Shown: piece by piece, positions 38,601 through 50,000 of the stretch
Numbering within the stretch: the first letter of the stretch is position 1
How the letters are laid out: every line of letters begins with the position of its first letter
Assembly (NCBI GenBank): GCA_964035545.1
Contig: OZ037765.1
Coordinates: 22,257,504 to 22,321,503 of the forward strand
Source of the DNA: Bugula neritina
Lineage: Eukaryota; Animalia; Bryozoa
Direction of reading: 5' to 3'
DNA length: 64,000 bases
Position numbers and translations under genes: made by a program
Notes under the pieces: generated by a model
Database searches by the model: none
The model's input: only the letters and a program-made list of their open reading frames with translations
Told to the model about the DNA's origin: nothing

Positions 38601-40734
38601 TCTGTTTTTAACTTAGTGAGTTCTTCATTTTCTGGATCAACAGTTAGCGCAGCATCAACCTATAACAGATATAACAAATGTTAGTTACTAACGTATTACG
38701 CAGAGAATGCATTTATGAATTTATAAATGCAAGGAAAATATCTAAGAGAAATCTTATATATAATATTCTTTAAAGATTGCGTTGAGAACTCATTTCTGAT
38801 TTGATAAACTAAGACAAGTAATTTAGGCTTGGAACCAGCTGCTAATTTCATTATTATGGGGCTGCCACACTACAGTCGAAACGCCATCTTGAACGCGTTT
38901 TCGAGGCTAAGCGTTGACCTCTGTGACGTCACAACTGAACGCAACTGTCAGTTTTTCGCGATGCGATGAAAGTTCGACATGTCGAACTGTCATCGCTGAA
39001 GTTGAGCGATCAGCCAATCACTGACTGGCCAGGTAAACCCTGATTGGTTAAGTGCTTTTACTTTTTCCACGTGCTACTAGCGAGCATTATTATTTGATTT
39101 GGTTCTTCGAAAATTATATTTTTTTACTTTTAAAATAATTATGATGAAGCTATGTATGAAAGTTTCAATAAATCATGAAAATAAGTATTTATTAAATAAA
39201 TTTTGCTGAATTTTATCTGCATATTTAGTTTTTCTAATTTGGTTGAATTTTATTAGCGTACTATTTAGTTCTTTAGGCTAGTGAATGAGCTTGAATAAAG
39301 CTAAGTAATCTCATTAAATAAAGCTAGTAATTTTGAATAATTGAAGCTAGTAAATTAGAATAAAAATAACTAGAAAATCTTATTAAATTATGCTAGTAAA
39401 TCTCAAAAAATTGCGCTAAGATTAATTGTTGGTTACTGTGGATACTGCAGAAACTGGTTTATGGCATTCCTATTGGTTTAAAAGTTTACTGCTAGACTAG
39501 AGACAGTTAGCTTTCATCGTTCGTAGTGAACTGTAGTGTGACCAGCAAAAAGTAGGACGTGACGTTGAAGGTATGCGCGAGCAGCTCCAAAATGGCCGCC
39601 ACAGTCGCGTTTCGACGGTAGTGTGTTATGGGCATTACACTTGGCAAACTATCACGATTGCATTGCGAAGACAACCCTACATTCATATTTTTAATGAATA
39701 AGAGCAGTGATAAATCTGACCTGGAAAACATGAATTTCAAGTAATGTCCGCAATATATTTTCATAATGCCCATGACACACTACAGTCGAAACTCGACTGT
39801 GGCGGCCATGTTGAAGCTGCTCGCGCATACCTTCAACGTCACGTCCTACTTTTTGCTGGTCACACTACAGTTCACTACGAACGATGAAAGCTAACTGTCT
39901 CTAGTCTAGCAGTAAACTTTTAAACCAATAGGAATGCCATAAACCAGTTTCTGCAGTATCCACAGTAACCAACAATTAATCTTAGCGCAATTTTTTGAGA
40001 TTTACTAGCATAATTTAATAAGATTTTCTAGTTATTTTTATTCTAATTTACTAGCTTCAATTATTCAAAATTACTAGCTTTATTTAATGAGATTACTTAG
40101 CTTTATTCAAGCTGATTCACTAGCCTAAAGAACTAAATAGTACGCTAATAAAATTCAACCAAATTAGAAAAACTAAATATGCAGATAAAATTCAGCAAAA
40201 TTTATTTAATAAATACTTATTTTCATGATTTATTGAAACTTTCATACATAGCTTCATCATAATTATTTTAAAAGTAAAAAAATATAATTTTCGAAGAACC
40301 AAATCAAATAATAATGCTCGCTAGTAGCACGTGGAAAAAGTAAAAGCATTTAACCAATCAGGGTTTACCTGGCCAGTCAGTGATTGGCTGATCGCTCAAC
40401 TTCAGCGATGACAGTTCGACATGTCGAACTTTCATCGCATCGCGAAAAACTGACAGTTGCGTTCAGAAATGACGTCACAGAGGTCATCGCTTAGCCTCGA
40501 AAACGCGTTCAAGATGGCCGTTTCGACTGTAGTGTGGCAGCCCCATAATTCTTAAAACTGCACCTTATCTTTAAAAGTGATTGATATATGCAACATAAAA
40601 TTTCGTTCCGCTCCAATAAATGGTTAAGATAAATTATTGTTGCCAATACAGCTAACTCATATATGACTCACCTGACTCAACTGCTCTACGTAGGTGGCAA
40701 GGTTTACTTTGAACTGCTCTATGGTGGTGGCCAT
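35695..40734 (-). CDS. SMNDC1: Survival of motor neuron-related splicing factor 30 (Tudor domain)
   Basis: Exons 40734-40672, 38659-38594, 38266-38106, 37952-37865, 36912-36860, 36128-36002, 35850-35695, phase-consistent. NLATYVEQLSQVDAAL..EVIELT; Tudor W.SGDKCMAIWSNDGQYY; EREYKK..REKEKNKWQNFN; C-terminal KSIFAT..GKVGVGTCG. Confidence 0.96.
36980..37748. mobile_element. Non-autonomous Kolobok-like DNA transposon (769 bp)
   Basis: Perfect 16-bp TIR AGGATTGCTCTATCTT / AAGATAGAGCAATCCT with TTAA on both flanks (36976-36979, 37749-37752); RR start plus TTAA TSD is typical of Kolobok. Confidence 0.85.
38019..38038. repeat. (AG)10 microsatellite
   Basis: Direct read; (CT)n on the SMNDC1 sense strand. 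Confidence 0.9.
38853..40549. mobile_element. 1.7-kb foldback element / long inverted repeat (arms 38853-39637 and 39764-40549, 126-bp spacer)
   Basis: Arms are reverse complements with about a dozen differences by eye; ends attatggggctgcc / ggcagccccataat; internal ~23-bp degenerate GCTAGTAAAT tandem units; CpG-rich termini; no coding capacity. Confidence 0.93.
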
Positions 40735-40959
40735 AATGCACAACTGGACTAAAAAGAACAATATTAAAATTGTATATCCCCACAAGTAGGCCAAGATACA
40801 TTATAGCCAAATTACATTATTGATTTAACAATATACTAGTATAAAACAATTTAAGGACAATAATAATACAACTAAGTATTACCATAAACTCATCAATAAG
40901 TTCGAGGAACAATACAAAATCAGATTCTCAGACAAGTTTTAAATAAATTATACTTTACA

Positions 40960-41450
40960 TTTGGTGATTTACTAAGTATCTAGCATCAACTGATACTAGT
41001 ATTAGTACTACTATTACTACTAGTACTACTAGTAGAGTACTAGTACTATTAGCACTAGTAGTAGTACTCAACTATGTAGGTTGATAAATAGATTACTACT
41101 ACTAGTACTATGTATCAACCTACTATTAGTAGTAGTACTAACTGTAACACTAATACTAATAGTAATAGATTTCAGTGCGAGTACGAGTCATCACTGAGTT
41201 ACTCACAGTCACTGTTACTGTGAGACTTGCTCTTAGTTAGTCTTAGTGTTACTTAGTCGTAGAGTCAGTCCGAGTCTTACAGTAATAGTAATACTAATAG
41301 TTACTGTTAGATTTGGTCACTAACTTAGAATTACTGTTAGTGCTTTTACTTTCAGCTTTAACTTTATGTTTAACTTGAATCAACTTTATCAGTTCATGAG
41401 ATTGAGTTCAAGTTGAAGTTCAACTTCGAGTTTAAAATTCTAATTTCATT
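40960..41450. repeat. (NNN-TNA)n / TAG-rich periodic tract in SMNDC1 first intron
   Basis: TCAcagTCActgTTActgTGA (~41203-41223); TTAcagTAAtagTAAtacTAAtagTTActgTTA (~41277-41309); TCAagtTGAagtTCA (~41408-41422). Confidence 0.8.
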
Positions 41451-41483
41451 TGGTTCAAATATATAACATGAAGCTTTGCTTAA

Positions 41484-41680
41484 CTTACTTTTAATCCAAA
41501 TTGTTTAAAGAAAGCCTCTTGCTTCAAACTTAAGGAATTGAGATAGGTATATAACAGTAGTATTATAAACAATCGATAAATTAAAATCGTTAACTTTTTC
41601 AGATATTCAACAACCACAATATGGCGGACAGAGTTACAAATGCCGGAAACGAGCGCATAACTTCGCGCAACACTTACGCG
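41484..41680 (-). promoter_or_regulatory. Candidate SMNDC1 promoter and non-coding exon 1
   Basis: YY1-like ATGGCGG 41621-41627, ETS CCGGAA 41643-41648, TTCGCGC 41662-41668, CpG cluster; minus-strand donor gtaagt at ~41488; acceptor ctttttag before 40748. Confidence 0.6.
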
Positions 41681-42501
41681 TCCACAATATTATTTTACGA
41701 AGTTTTTGTGGTAAACCCAGAGCTGTTTTGTTATATTACATGAAAAGTTTCTAGCATAGGCCTACCTAATAAAATATTAGTAGTTTGCATAATTATAAAT
41801 TATTGGTGCTCAGTGATAGGGTTTTAATCTTAATTTATCATTTTGCTTTTAGTTTTATGCTATAGACTTGCTACATTCTTTTAATGCCCAAAGACTCCAA
41901 AATAATACTAGCAACAGAAGTTACAGATGTTATAATGACTTGAACTGAAAATAATATTTTGGTAGATTTCTCAATAAATATTTCTGATTAATAATTTCAT
42001 AAATAATGCTCCGTAATATTGCATTTTACTGTCCCTGTCAAATGTCAATAAGATAGAGGGCTGGCTGAAGTAAAAGAGCAGGTAACTGGTTTATTAGCTG
42101 ACTCAATTAATGTCTTCAAAACTGTGCAAATTGAGAACAACTGTTTCAATTTCTGGTGAATGCTACTGTAAAGACACACTCAGTTGACCTGTTTTATGTG
42201 TTGTACTTTACATAATATTAAAGGAAAAGTGATATCAGCCAATTTCGAATTGCGAAAGCATAATTTATTATTGCTTATTATGAATTTTTTGGTGATTCAT
42301 GACACTATAAATTATTGTGATGTACTACATATGATGTAAGATATCAAGTGCAGTATTATTAAACTTATTAAGTAATTATGCAGCAGTTAAATAAACATAC
42401 ATTAAACTCTGATCGAAACAGTTTATCTGTATTTGAATCTTGCACAATAGTTGCTAATAAAATAAACTACAACACAAATATATAATTGAAAAAACAACTT
42501 T

Positions 42502-42503
<2 letters not shown>

Positions 42504-42557
<54 letters not shown>
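42504..42557. repeat. (AT)~27 microsatellite
   Basis: Direct read. Confidence 0.95.
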
Positions 42558-42560
<3 letters not shown>

Positions 42561-42581
42561 TAATTTATTAAAAGTTCAGAC

Positions 42582-42760
42582 AGCCATGAGGTAGTGGTTA
42601 GAGGGCTGGCCCAGTAAACAAAAGGTCAGTGGTTGTGTCTAAACACCAGCTGTGATGTTAGGAAGAGCATCCAGTCATAATTGCTCCTGTGCCACATTAC
42701 AGATCCCTATAAAAAAATTTCTTCCATCAAAGATTTTCACAGGGATAGACTCATATGAGT
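42582..42760 (+). mobile_element. tRNA-derived SINE copy
   Basis: agccatgaggtagtggttagag head; tgatgttaggaagagcatccagtcataattgctcctgtgccac core; cttccatcaaag..cacaggga tail shared with the 47427 and 2335 copies. Confidence 0.75.
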
Positions 42761-44053
42761 TTTAAAATATTTTATTTATATGTGAGATAGGTTCTCATGT
42801 GCAAATCTTAAGGTGCTAATAACTAAATCATAATTATTAGCTGTTTTATTGAAAACTTTTGTAAGCATAATATTCTGTTGAAATGAACCGAATGTGAATC
42901 TTCTAAAGTTAACTTTGCATTTAGTCAACTATCAACACCAATTATACTATAGTAGTATCTTTTACAACATATTTTTTATACTTTTGATGTTTTGCTCAAA
43001 ATTTTAAATTTCTTTTATTCTACAGTAAAATTTTCTCTTTTATATAACAACTTAAAATTTTACCAGAGTGAACTCTGGGCCAATTGTTAGACATGAATAT
43101 TTTTATATAATTTTTTACATATCAAAGAAAATTTTTATAATTGCACTGTGTGGCTGCCAATTCTAAGAGCATCCAATTTTAAGCTTCAGTTTTATTTTCT
43201 TTACTTCTATAAAAACTATGATGGCCACTAATCTTAGTCATTTGCATACTGTTGAGTCTTTTTGTGTCTAACTCTATCAACTCATAAAATGTTCAACCCG
43301 ATGCATCCAGGGTAATGATAACATGTCATTGTTGAACTGTTGTAAGTTATATATGGGCACAATTATAAAGAATGTAACAAAAGAAATGACTAACCGTATT
43401 AAAATAGTTATATCTTTATTTATTGCAGATTAGAGTCATTTGACAAAACAAATCAGATTGTTATAGAGGGCTACAGATAATACTTACAATTGTGTTATGT
43501 ATATCAGTTTCTATATATACTAGTTTCTATAAAATCAGTTTCATTAGTGAGCACAACTCCTAATGCAAATTTAGCGTATGGAAAAATATCAGCAGTCAGT
43601 GATAGACAATTTGAAAAGTTTCAATAACAAAGTCTTGTGCAAATAGTAAAAACTTGTTAGATTGAATTCACAATTTTTGATTTACAAATCCAATAGAAAA
43701 GCCAGAACGTTATAAGAGTATAACATTTGAATCCGGCCACAGTAAGTGTTCATACAGATTTCTTATAATTTATAAAGATAGTAAAATATAAGCATGCAAA
43801 TAAATGAATTTAAAAAAAGAATATTGGAATGATAAGTTAACTTAATATATACAGCATACACTCACAATACTCGAAACAAATTACAATTCTATGCTGGCAC
43901 TTTACCTGCTATGCATTACTACCGAGCTAAAATGTGTCATCTTCATAAACAGGAAAGACAACTGCTAGTACGCAAAATATAGTTTTTTAGTTGTTTATGA
44001 TATGAATAAGAAAATGAAGAATTGCAAGCGCTACGTGACTTATAACTGCCTAC

Positions 44054-47000
44054 TTATGTATTTGTTAGGTTTACAGTCGTCCTTCTTGATAACTTGGAAT
44101 AAAAATATGTAAATACGGCAATGGTAGTTGCAGTGAAATAGCTAGCACCAATATAGTAAAACACTGTGATCCAACTTTCAAACGTTGTGTGCAGGTGATC
44201 TACAAAATAAAAAAACCTGAATTAGAAGTTGCAAAGATTTAGCGTGCGAAAAAAATCTTTAGCAAAAATTTGCAACAGATTTTTTTCAGCCTAGAGAAAT
44301 AGCTAGTCATAATGCCATACAACGTTAGGAATGTTATTACTGAAATCAAATTCTAAATATAGCAAACTGGAGGTAATTTGAAACTGAAACTCTCTAGGGT
44401 TTCTAATGAAGTGCCAAATAATTTCCTATAACAATGTACTTTAACTCTTGTATAACACTCACTGTTGGAAATACTTGACACAGTGCATGTTATGAAACAG
44501 ACAGCTTTGCTGTTAAATATTTACAGCAAAACTGACAATTGCGATTTAATGTTAGCAAGTGACTAGCAAGTGACGTCTAAGCCAAGTAATGACCTAAATA
44601 TTAGTTTTACAAGTGTCACCACCAAGGCAATTCACAAAGAAGCTATATTTATCAGATACAGATAGTGCATTGAATAACTTTTTGTAGCAATACATGTAAG
44701 GGTTGCCTTGCATGTATAAACCTACATGATAATATAGAGAGCCTACTTTTGTCCCATTTGAGTTTAATATGGCTTCTTTGGTTAGCATCAACATTTGTCT
44801 TTACTTACTTGCGACAAGTGTGCTGACGATGAAGGCAGCAGCCTGGTATACATAACAAATTCCAAGGACGGTTTCTAGAGAGGCTGCGCCAACTTGCTCT
44901 ATGATTACAATAGGCAGTAGAGAGAAGATTGTAGTTCCACACAAAGACATGACTCCATACATAATGGCAATACCTGTAATAAATAAGGATATTCTAGTAT
45001 TCTAGTGAAGTGAATAGATCAGTAGTCGAAGCAAAGAAATTGAGTTTAACTCTATTAGAAGATTTATATATATTATATGACAAGGTCAGATTTCCTATGA
45101 TGAATACTGTATTTTGTATTGGGAATGTGGAATAGGCAGTGCACAACTGCACTACTAGGCTATCTAGCCAGAACAATGGCTCAAAGCCAACATAGGATTG
45201 TTATTTTTTTCTACCAGCTGTACTCTAATGTCCAGTTTCAATAAACATCTTCCCACATAGAATGACCAGAGGGTGTCTTATAATAAGGACAGTATTCGAC
45301 ACTGAAACTGTGAGACAGGTAACAGCTGAGCTGGCTTGATTGAAAACACGGCAGCCTGGTGGTTGATATCAAGTCCAATGTTAGAAGAGGAATCTCATTT
45401 ATGTAATTCTATATCCTTAATCAGTAGTGTGTCTGTTACCTGCGGATCTTCTGAGCTAGGTTTACGAGTCATTTATATCATAGATATGGACATGAGGGAT
45501 CTGTTGTATATCAAAAAATTCCAGCTGTTTTACAAAAGGAATCTTGATTTAACAAGTTTTTGATGTGTTATAAGATCAAAAGCTCACTTTTTGACAGGGT
45601 TCAGCATATGATAGCAAGACTGGATGACCATGGTTTCATGGCCACTATTATTGAAGAAAGGTATTTGCTAAAGTGTTGAAATGCAGGCAGCATAGAAAAT
45701 GTATAAAGATAGAACAAGTACCAGCATTGCTATGAAATATCTGCAAGTTTATGCTAGATAGAAATGCCGTTTTCATCATACCCTAATAACAGAGGTTGCC
45801 AAGATGCCAAGAACAGAATAGGGAAGTGCATAAGTTCTGTTAAGTAATGCATATATTATATACTTGACGTAACGGCACACATGTTTATAGCGGATTTCTA
45901 ACACAGCTCACCTGTGAGACTGTGGAGCAGTGAACATAGAATTGACCCCGCAGTGCACGCTAGGGTAATGGCACATATCTGTGTCACTGCCGAGCAAACC
46001 CGTCTATCAGCAAACCAGCCGTGGAACACACGGAAAACTATTTCTGCGCTTCCAGCTATTGTCATGATTGTAGCTACGGTGTCTACATCTACACCATACT
46101 CCACGGCCAGGGAAGGCGTCGTTTGGAACACAAGGTTGACGGAACTGACAGCAAAGAGCACTACTAGGCCAATAAGTATTACCTGTAGTAAAATATTAGT
46201 AAAATATTATGCGATATGGCATTTTTGACAGTTTACGAGAATCTGAAAAGCATATAAAATATAATATAAAGTCCAACTTCATGTTTATTTAAAAGCCGCG
46301 GCAATATTTAATTTTTTTGTTGCAGCAGCACTTTAATTATTTCAACTAAAATTCAGGTTTGCTGTAACTCGAAGTACCTAGTAACTATATTGAAATTATA
46401 TTTAATTCAACATAGTGATTCATTTAACGAAGCCACTGTGATTCACTATGAAACATCATTAAAATTATCATAATGCAAACTAATTTTTGGTCTGATTACC
46501 ATTATATACTCTATTGTAAGCCTCTGAGTTCCATCAGGTAACCCAACGTACACAAACAAAACCTTGCCAGTTTTCAGTCTTTGCTGCGTGACACTGAAGA
46601 TGTTAACAATTCAATGGGGTTCCAAGAATTGTAGCAGAATTATTACTGTATAGTCTGCAAAAATATAAACAATGGAAAATTTAACTAACCTGCTTTTCAT
46701 ACCAAAGCTTCCAATTATATCTGGCAGTTTTAGAGGTTGGTTGAGGTGAGGAAACTCTTGCGGTAAGACTGATTGTTGTTGTGGTTGGCTGTTTGTTGGT
46801 ATTATCAGCAGAGTGTACGGAGAGGGTTGATGCAAATGGAGCTGAGAATAACGAATAGCTGCTTCCATACATCTTAACAAACTCTTCTACTGGTGGCTCC
46901 AGCAATAGTTTATTGTTATTCTCATTTTGAATACTAAGTCGATCTGCTTGGTGTTCTGATTCAGCAGAAAGCAATTTGTTGCTCTTTTCAATACTGGAAA

Positions 47001-50000
47001 GTGATTGAGACTTCACTCGTATATCTGGTGTAAGAGTTTCATGCTTTATTAATTTGTTTTCTTCCTGATCGCCCTCTTCAGCCGGCGAAGTTGTGTTACT
47101 CGTAGTCATACTTTCGTTGACAGAAGTCGTGCTCTCCTGTTTCTTGTAATAAGATGATGGTCGTAGCAGGGCTGCTAGGACAATTGTTTGCAGAAATACT
47201 CCGGCTAAAAATAAAAATTTAATGCATTCAAAAGCTAATATTATCTCTAATAAAATCAAACTACATAAATTTAATATACTTGGCAAGAGGCATGGTGATT
47301 TATTTATCACCTATTATGATGTGTTGCCAGTGTCTATATTGTGCAGCTTTTTTAGTTTATGCAACATGAAGATAAATAACTTGAAGTAGCTTAGCTGTGT
47401 GATTAGATGCTAACTAATATGATAGAGCAGGTGGCCTGGTGGTCAGAGCACTGGTTTAACAAACCCAAGGTCAGTAGTTCAAATCCCAGTAAAGGCCATT
47501 AGTGATTTTAGGAAGAGCATTCAGTCATAATTGTTCCTTCACCACAATAGAAAACAAGCCCTTAGCCCACTTAAAAAACCCTTTCCATCAAAAGTTCTCA
47601 CAGGGATGGTGACTATAAACCCACATGAGTTAATATGAAAGAAATACAGTCTGGTTCCAGCTTTCAATGAGGTGCTAAATATATCAATGATGATGAAATA
47701 ATTAACCTTAATAGTATTATTCAGTACTTGCATGAAAAATGACCAGGGCAATAAAATAGTGATGTCATATTATTCCAGCAATAAAATTCTATTTGCTTTT
47801 CTATTTATAGGTTTGTGCACTTATAATTATTTGGCTACTTTATGCCAAAGCTGCCTTGTGGTCACCATTTTTTGGTAATCTTCTTTCAGACAGCCAATTG
47901 TAATATTTTTATGTAAATTTTTTGTCATTTTTTGTAATCTTTGTTGTTTGTAAAAATAATTAGCAAATAAATTCGCAAAAACTTTCTAATTTTTGTAGCT
48001 CACAATTTTTTACATGAAACTCAGGGAAAAGTTTGAAACATATAGACAAATGTTATACAGCAAGTTAATTAGGAGAACTTCCAGTAATATAAAAACCACA
48101 TGGGTAGGTGAACAGATAAAATAAAAAGGACTTGTTGGCTCTTTTGTCTATAAAAAGAAAAATAGGTATTTAAACAACTTATTAGCTTTAGACTATTTAA
48201 ATTTTGGCTATTAAGTTAATATGGTAAAAATACTTTTAATAGTAAATTTTATAAGCAAGCACATCATTTTAGAGTGTTTCTCTCTTAATTAAAGAAGTTT
48301 GCAAGAAAGAATGTTTATGTAAATAAATGTTGAGTTGATGTACATTTACAGATTGTTCACAAACATAACTTTGACCTCACTATAATTTTAAATAAACAAG
48401 TGGAAAGCAGTAGAAGCATTAATTCCTTGATAAAGTCAGTGTCACTGATTCACAAAGAGTTTCAACTTTATTTAGTTAGTCTATCCTTGACCTATTACCA
48501 GTTCGGCAATGATCCTGCTGCCATGAAAACATGACTTCAGAGTTGCAAAAAGGAATACACATGCATGCCATGAAAGTACATCTAGTTGTTTTAAAAGCAT
48601 CTATCGCTGCCAAATTTGTGCTAAAGTGGGAGTCTTAAATCTCAAGATATGAAGATTTGTGGTTAGAAACTCAAATCGCAGCAAGAGAGTTGATGTCCGA
48701 AAATATTTTTGTCAACTTTATGCTAGGTAAGGTCATTGATGATGTCAGCAATGTCACCTGGTCATAACTGCTCCTGTGCCACGGGCAAAAGCCCTAAAAC
48801 CATGTCACCAGCATGGTAGGGGGGGGCCCAGCACTTAGCTGCCAAAAACCCCTACTATAGGGGTCCTCGCAGTGATCAACACCTTAGACAAAGATGGGTT
48901 AATTTAATATTAGTTTATAGTAATTTAAACAGGCTATATTATTAACATTTTAGAAAAACATATTAACCAACTTTATCAACACTGCAAGAAAGTTATATAT
49001 GTATTTCTATATATAAACATATCTTATATTTCTATTGATATGTACCATTATATATATATAAACATACTGCATAAAAGGTATACCCTTGTAATTCAAAATA
49101 TGGAACAAAAATCGTTGGCTCTTATTTCAAAGGATATTAAAGTAGCTGACATAACATGGTAGTTAACGGAATAACATTCGTACCGTAGCAAATCAGAGCC
49201 TCTCTAAACTCGTATGTTTCAAACAAGTAGCGGAGTAACTTAGGAATAACGAGTCCACCCAAACCAGATCCAGATGCCATCAACCCAACAGCCAGGCCTC
49301 TGTGCTTCGAAAAATAATCCGAGAAAGCCGAAAACACCACCACCATTACACCACCAGTTCCAAGAGCTGTAATAATAGCAAATAATTGTCAACGAGTCTA
49401 ATACAGATTTTTTAAGTTTCTTGCTGGCTAAGGAAGATGTATTCTTTCAATCACAAGCATAGTGATAGCTCACAAAAATTGAGTTCAGTTTTTGTGAGTA
49501 CTGATGTATTGTGCAATGAGAGGGGATTAATACAAAGTATTTCATCATGTTGTACAAGGAATGTAAATCCAGGTGGTGCAGTTTTGTGCCTCCAAACAAC
49601 AGAGCATGCTCCAATAAGAAAAGACAGGCCCATCATGTTATGATAACTACTGCATGGAGAGACATGTGAGAGAGGACAGACATGTGAGAGAGGAAAGACA
49701 CGTGATAGAGATCCTTGGGGTGAAGGTCACATGCGTATAGGCAACTGCACACATCAACTGGCACATTGTTGGCACATTCAGGTATGAATCAAACGTATAA
49801 GAAGCTGTAATGTAGTTGTAGGACTATTGAGTAGTAACTAAAAAATATTGATTTAATGTTTCTGTAAAGGGGTTGTTTTAAAGATACAAACAATGAGAAA
49901 AATGTGGGTAATCTTTTAAAGTTTAAAGAAAAATAACAGCTGAATTAGTTTACAGAAAATTAACAGTGATATGAGAACTATCTCATTCGTCGTGAAAAAC

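Noticed and set aside
39277-39420. ~23-bp spaced GCTAGTAAAT repeats as a CRISPR-like array
   Set aside because: Degenerate tandem units without unique spacers, inside a eukaryotic foldback element; no cas genes.
39507-39773. 88-aa ORF across the foldback spacer as a transposase or cargo gene
   Set aside because: No recognisable domain; too short; spans arm and spacer.
38853-40549. Inverted repeat as a pure assembly or chimeric-read artefact
   Set aside because: Arms differ at about a dozen positions, have a unique spacer and TE-like ends, and the host gene continues correctly on both sides; still needs long-read confirmation.
38768-40577. Older Kolobok (ttaaagat...atctttaa) enclosing the foldback
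   Set aside because: Only ~4 bp of TIR identity beyond TTAA; compatible with chance.
47427-47500. tRNA gene
   Set aside because: A/B-box-like motifs but no convincing cloverleaf, and it continues into a body shared by other dispersed copies, so it is a SINE head.
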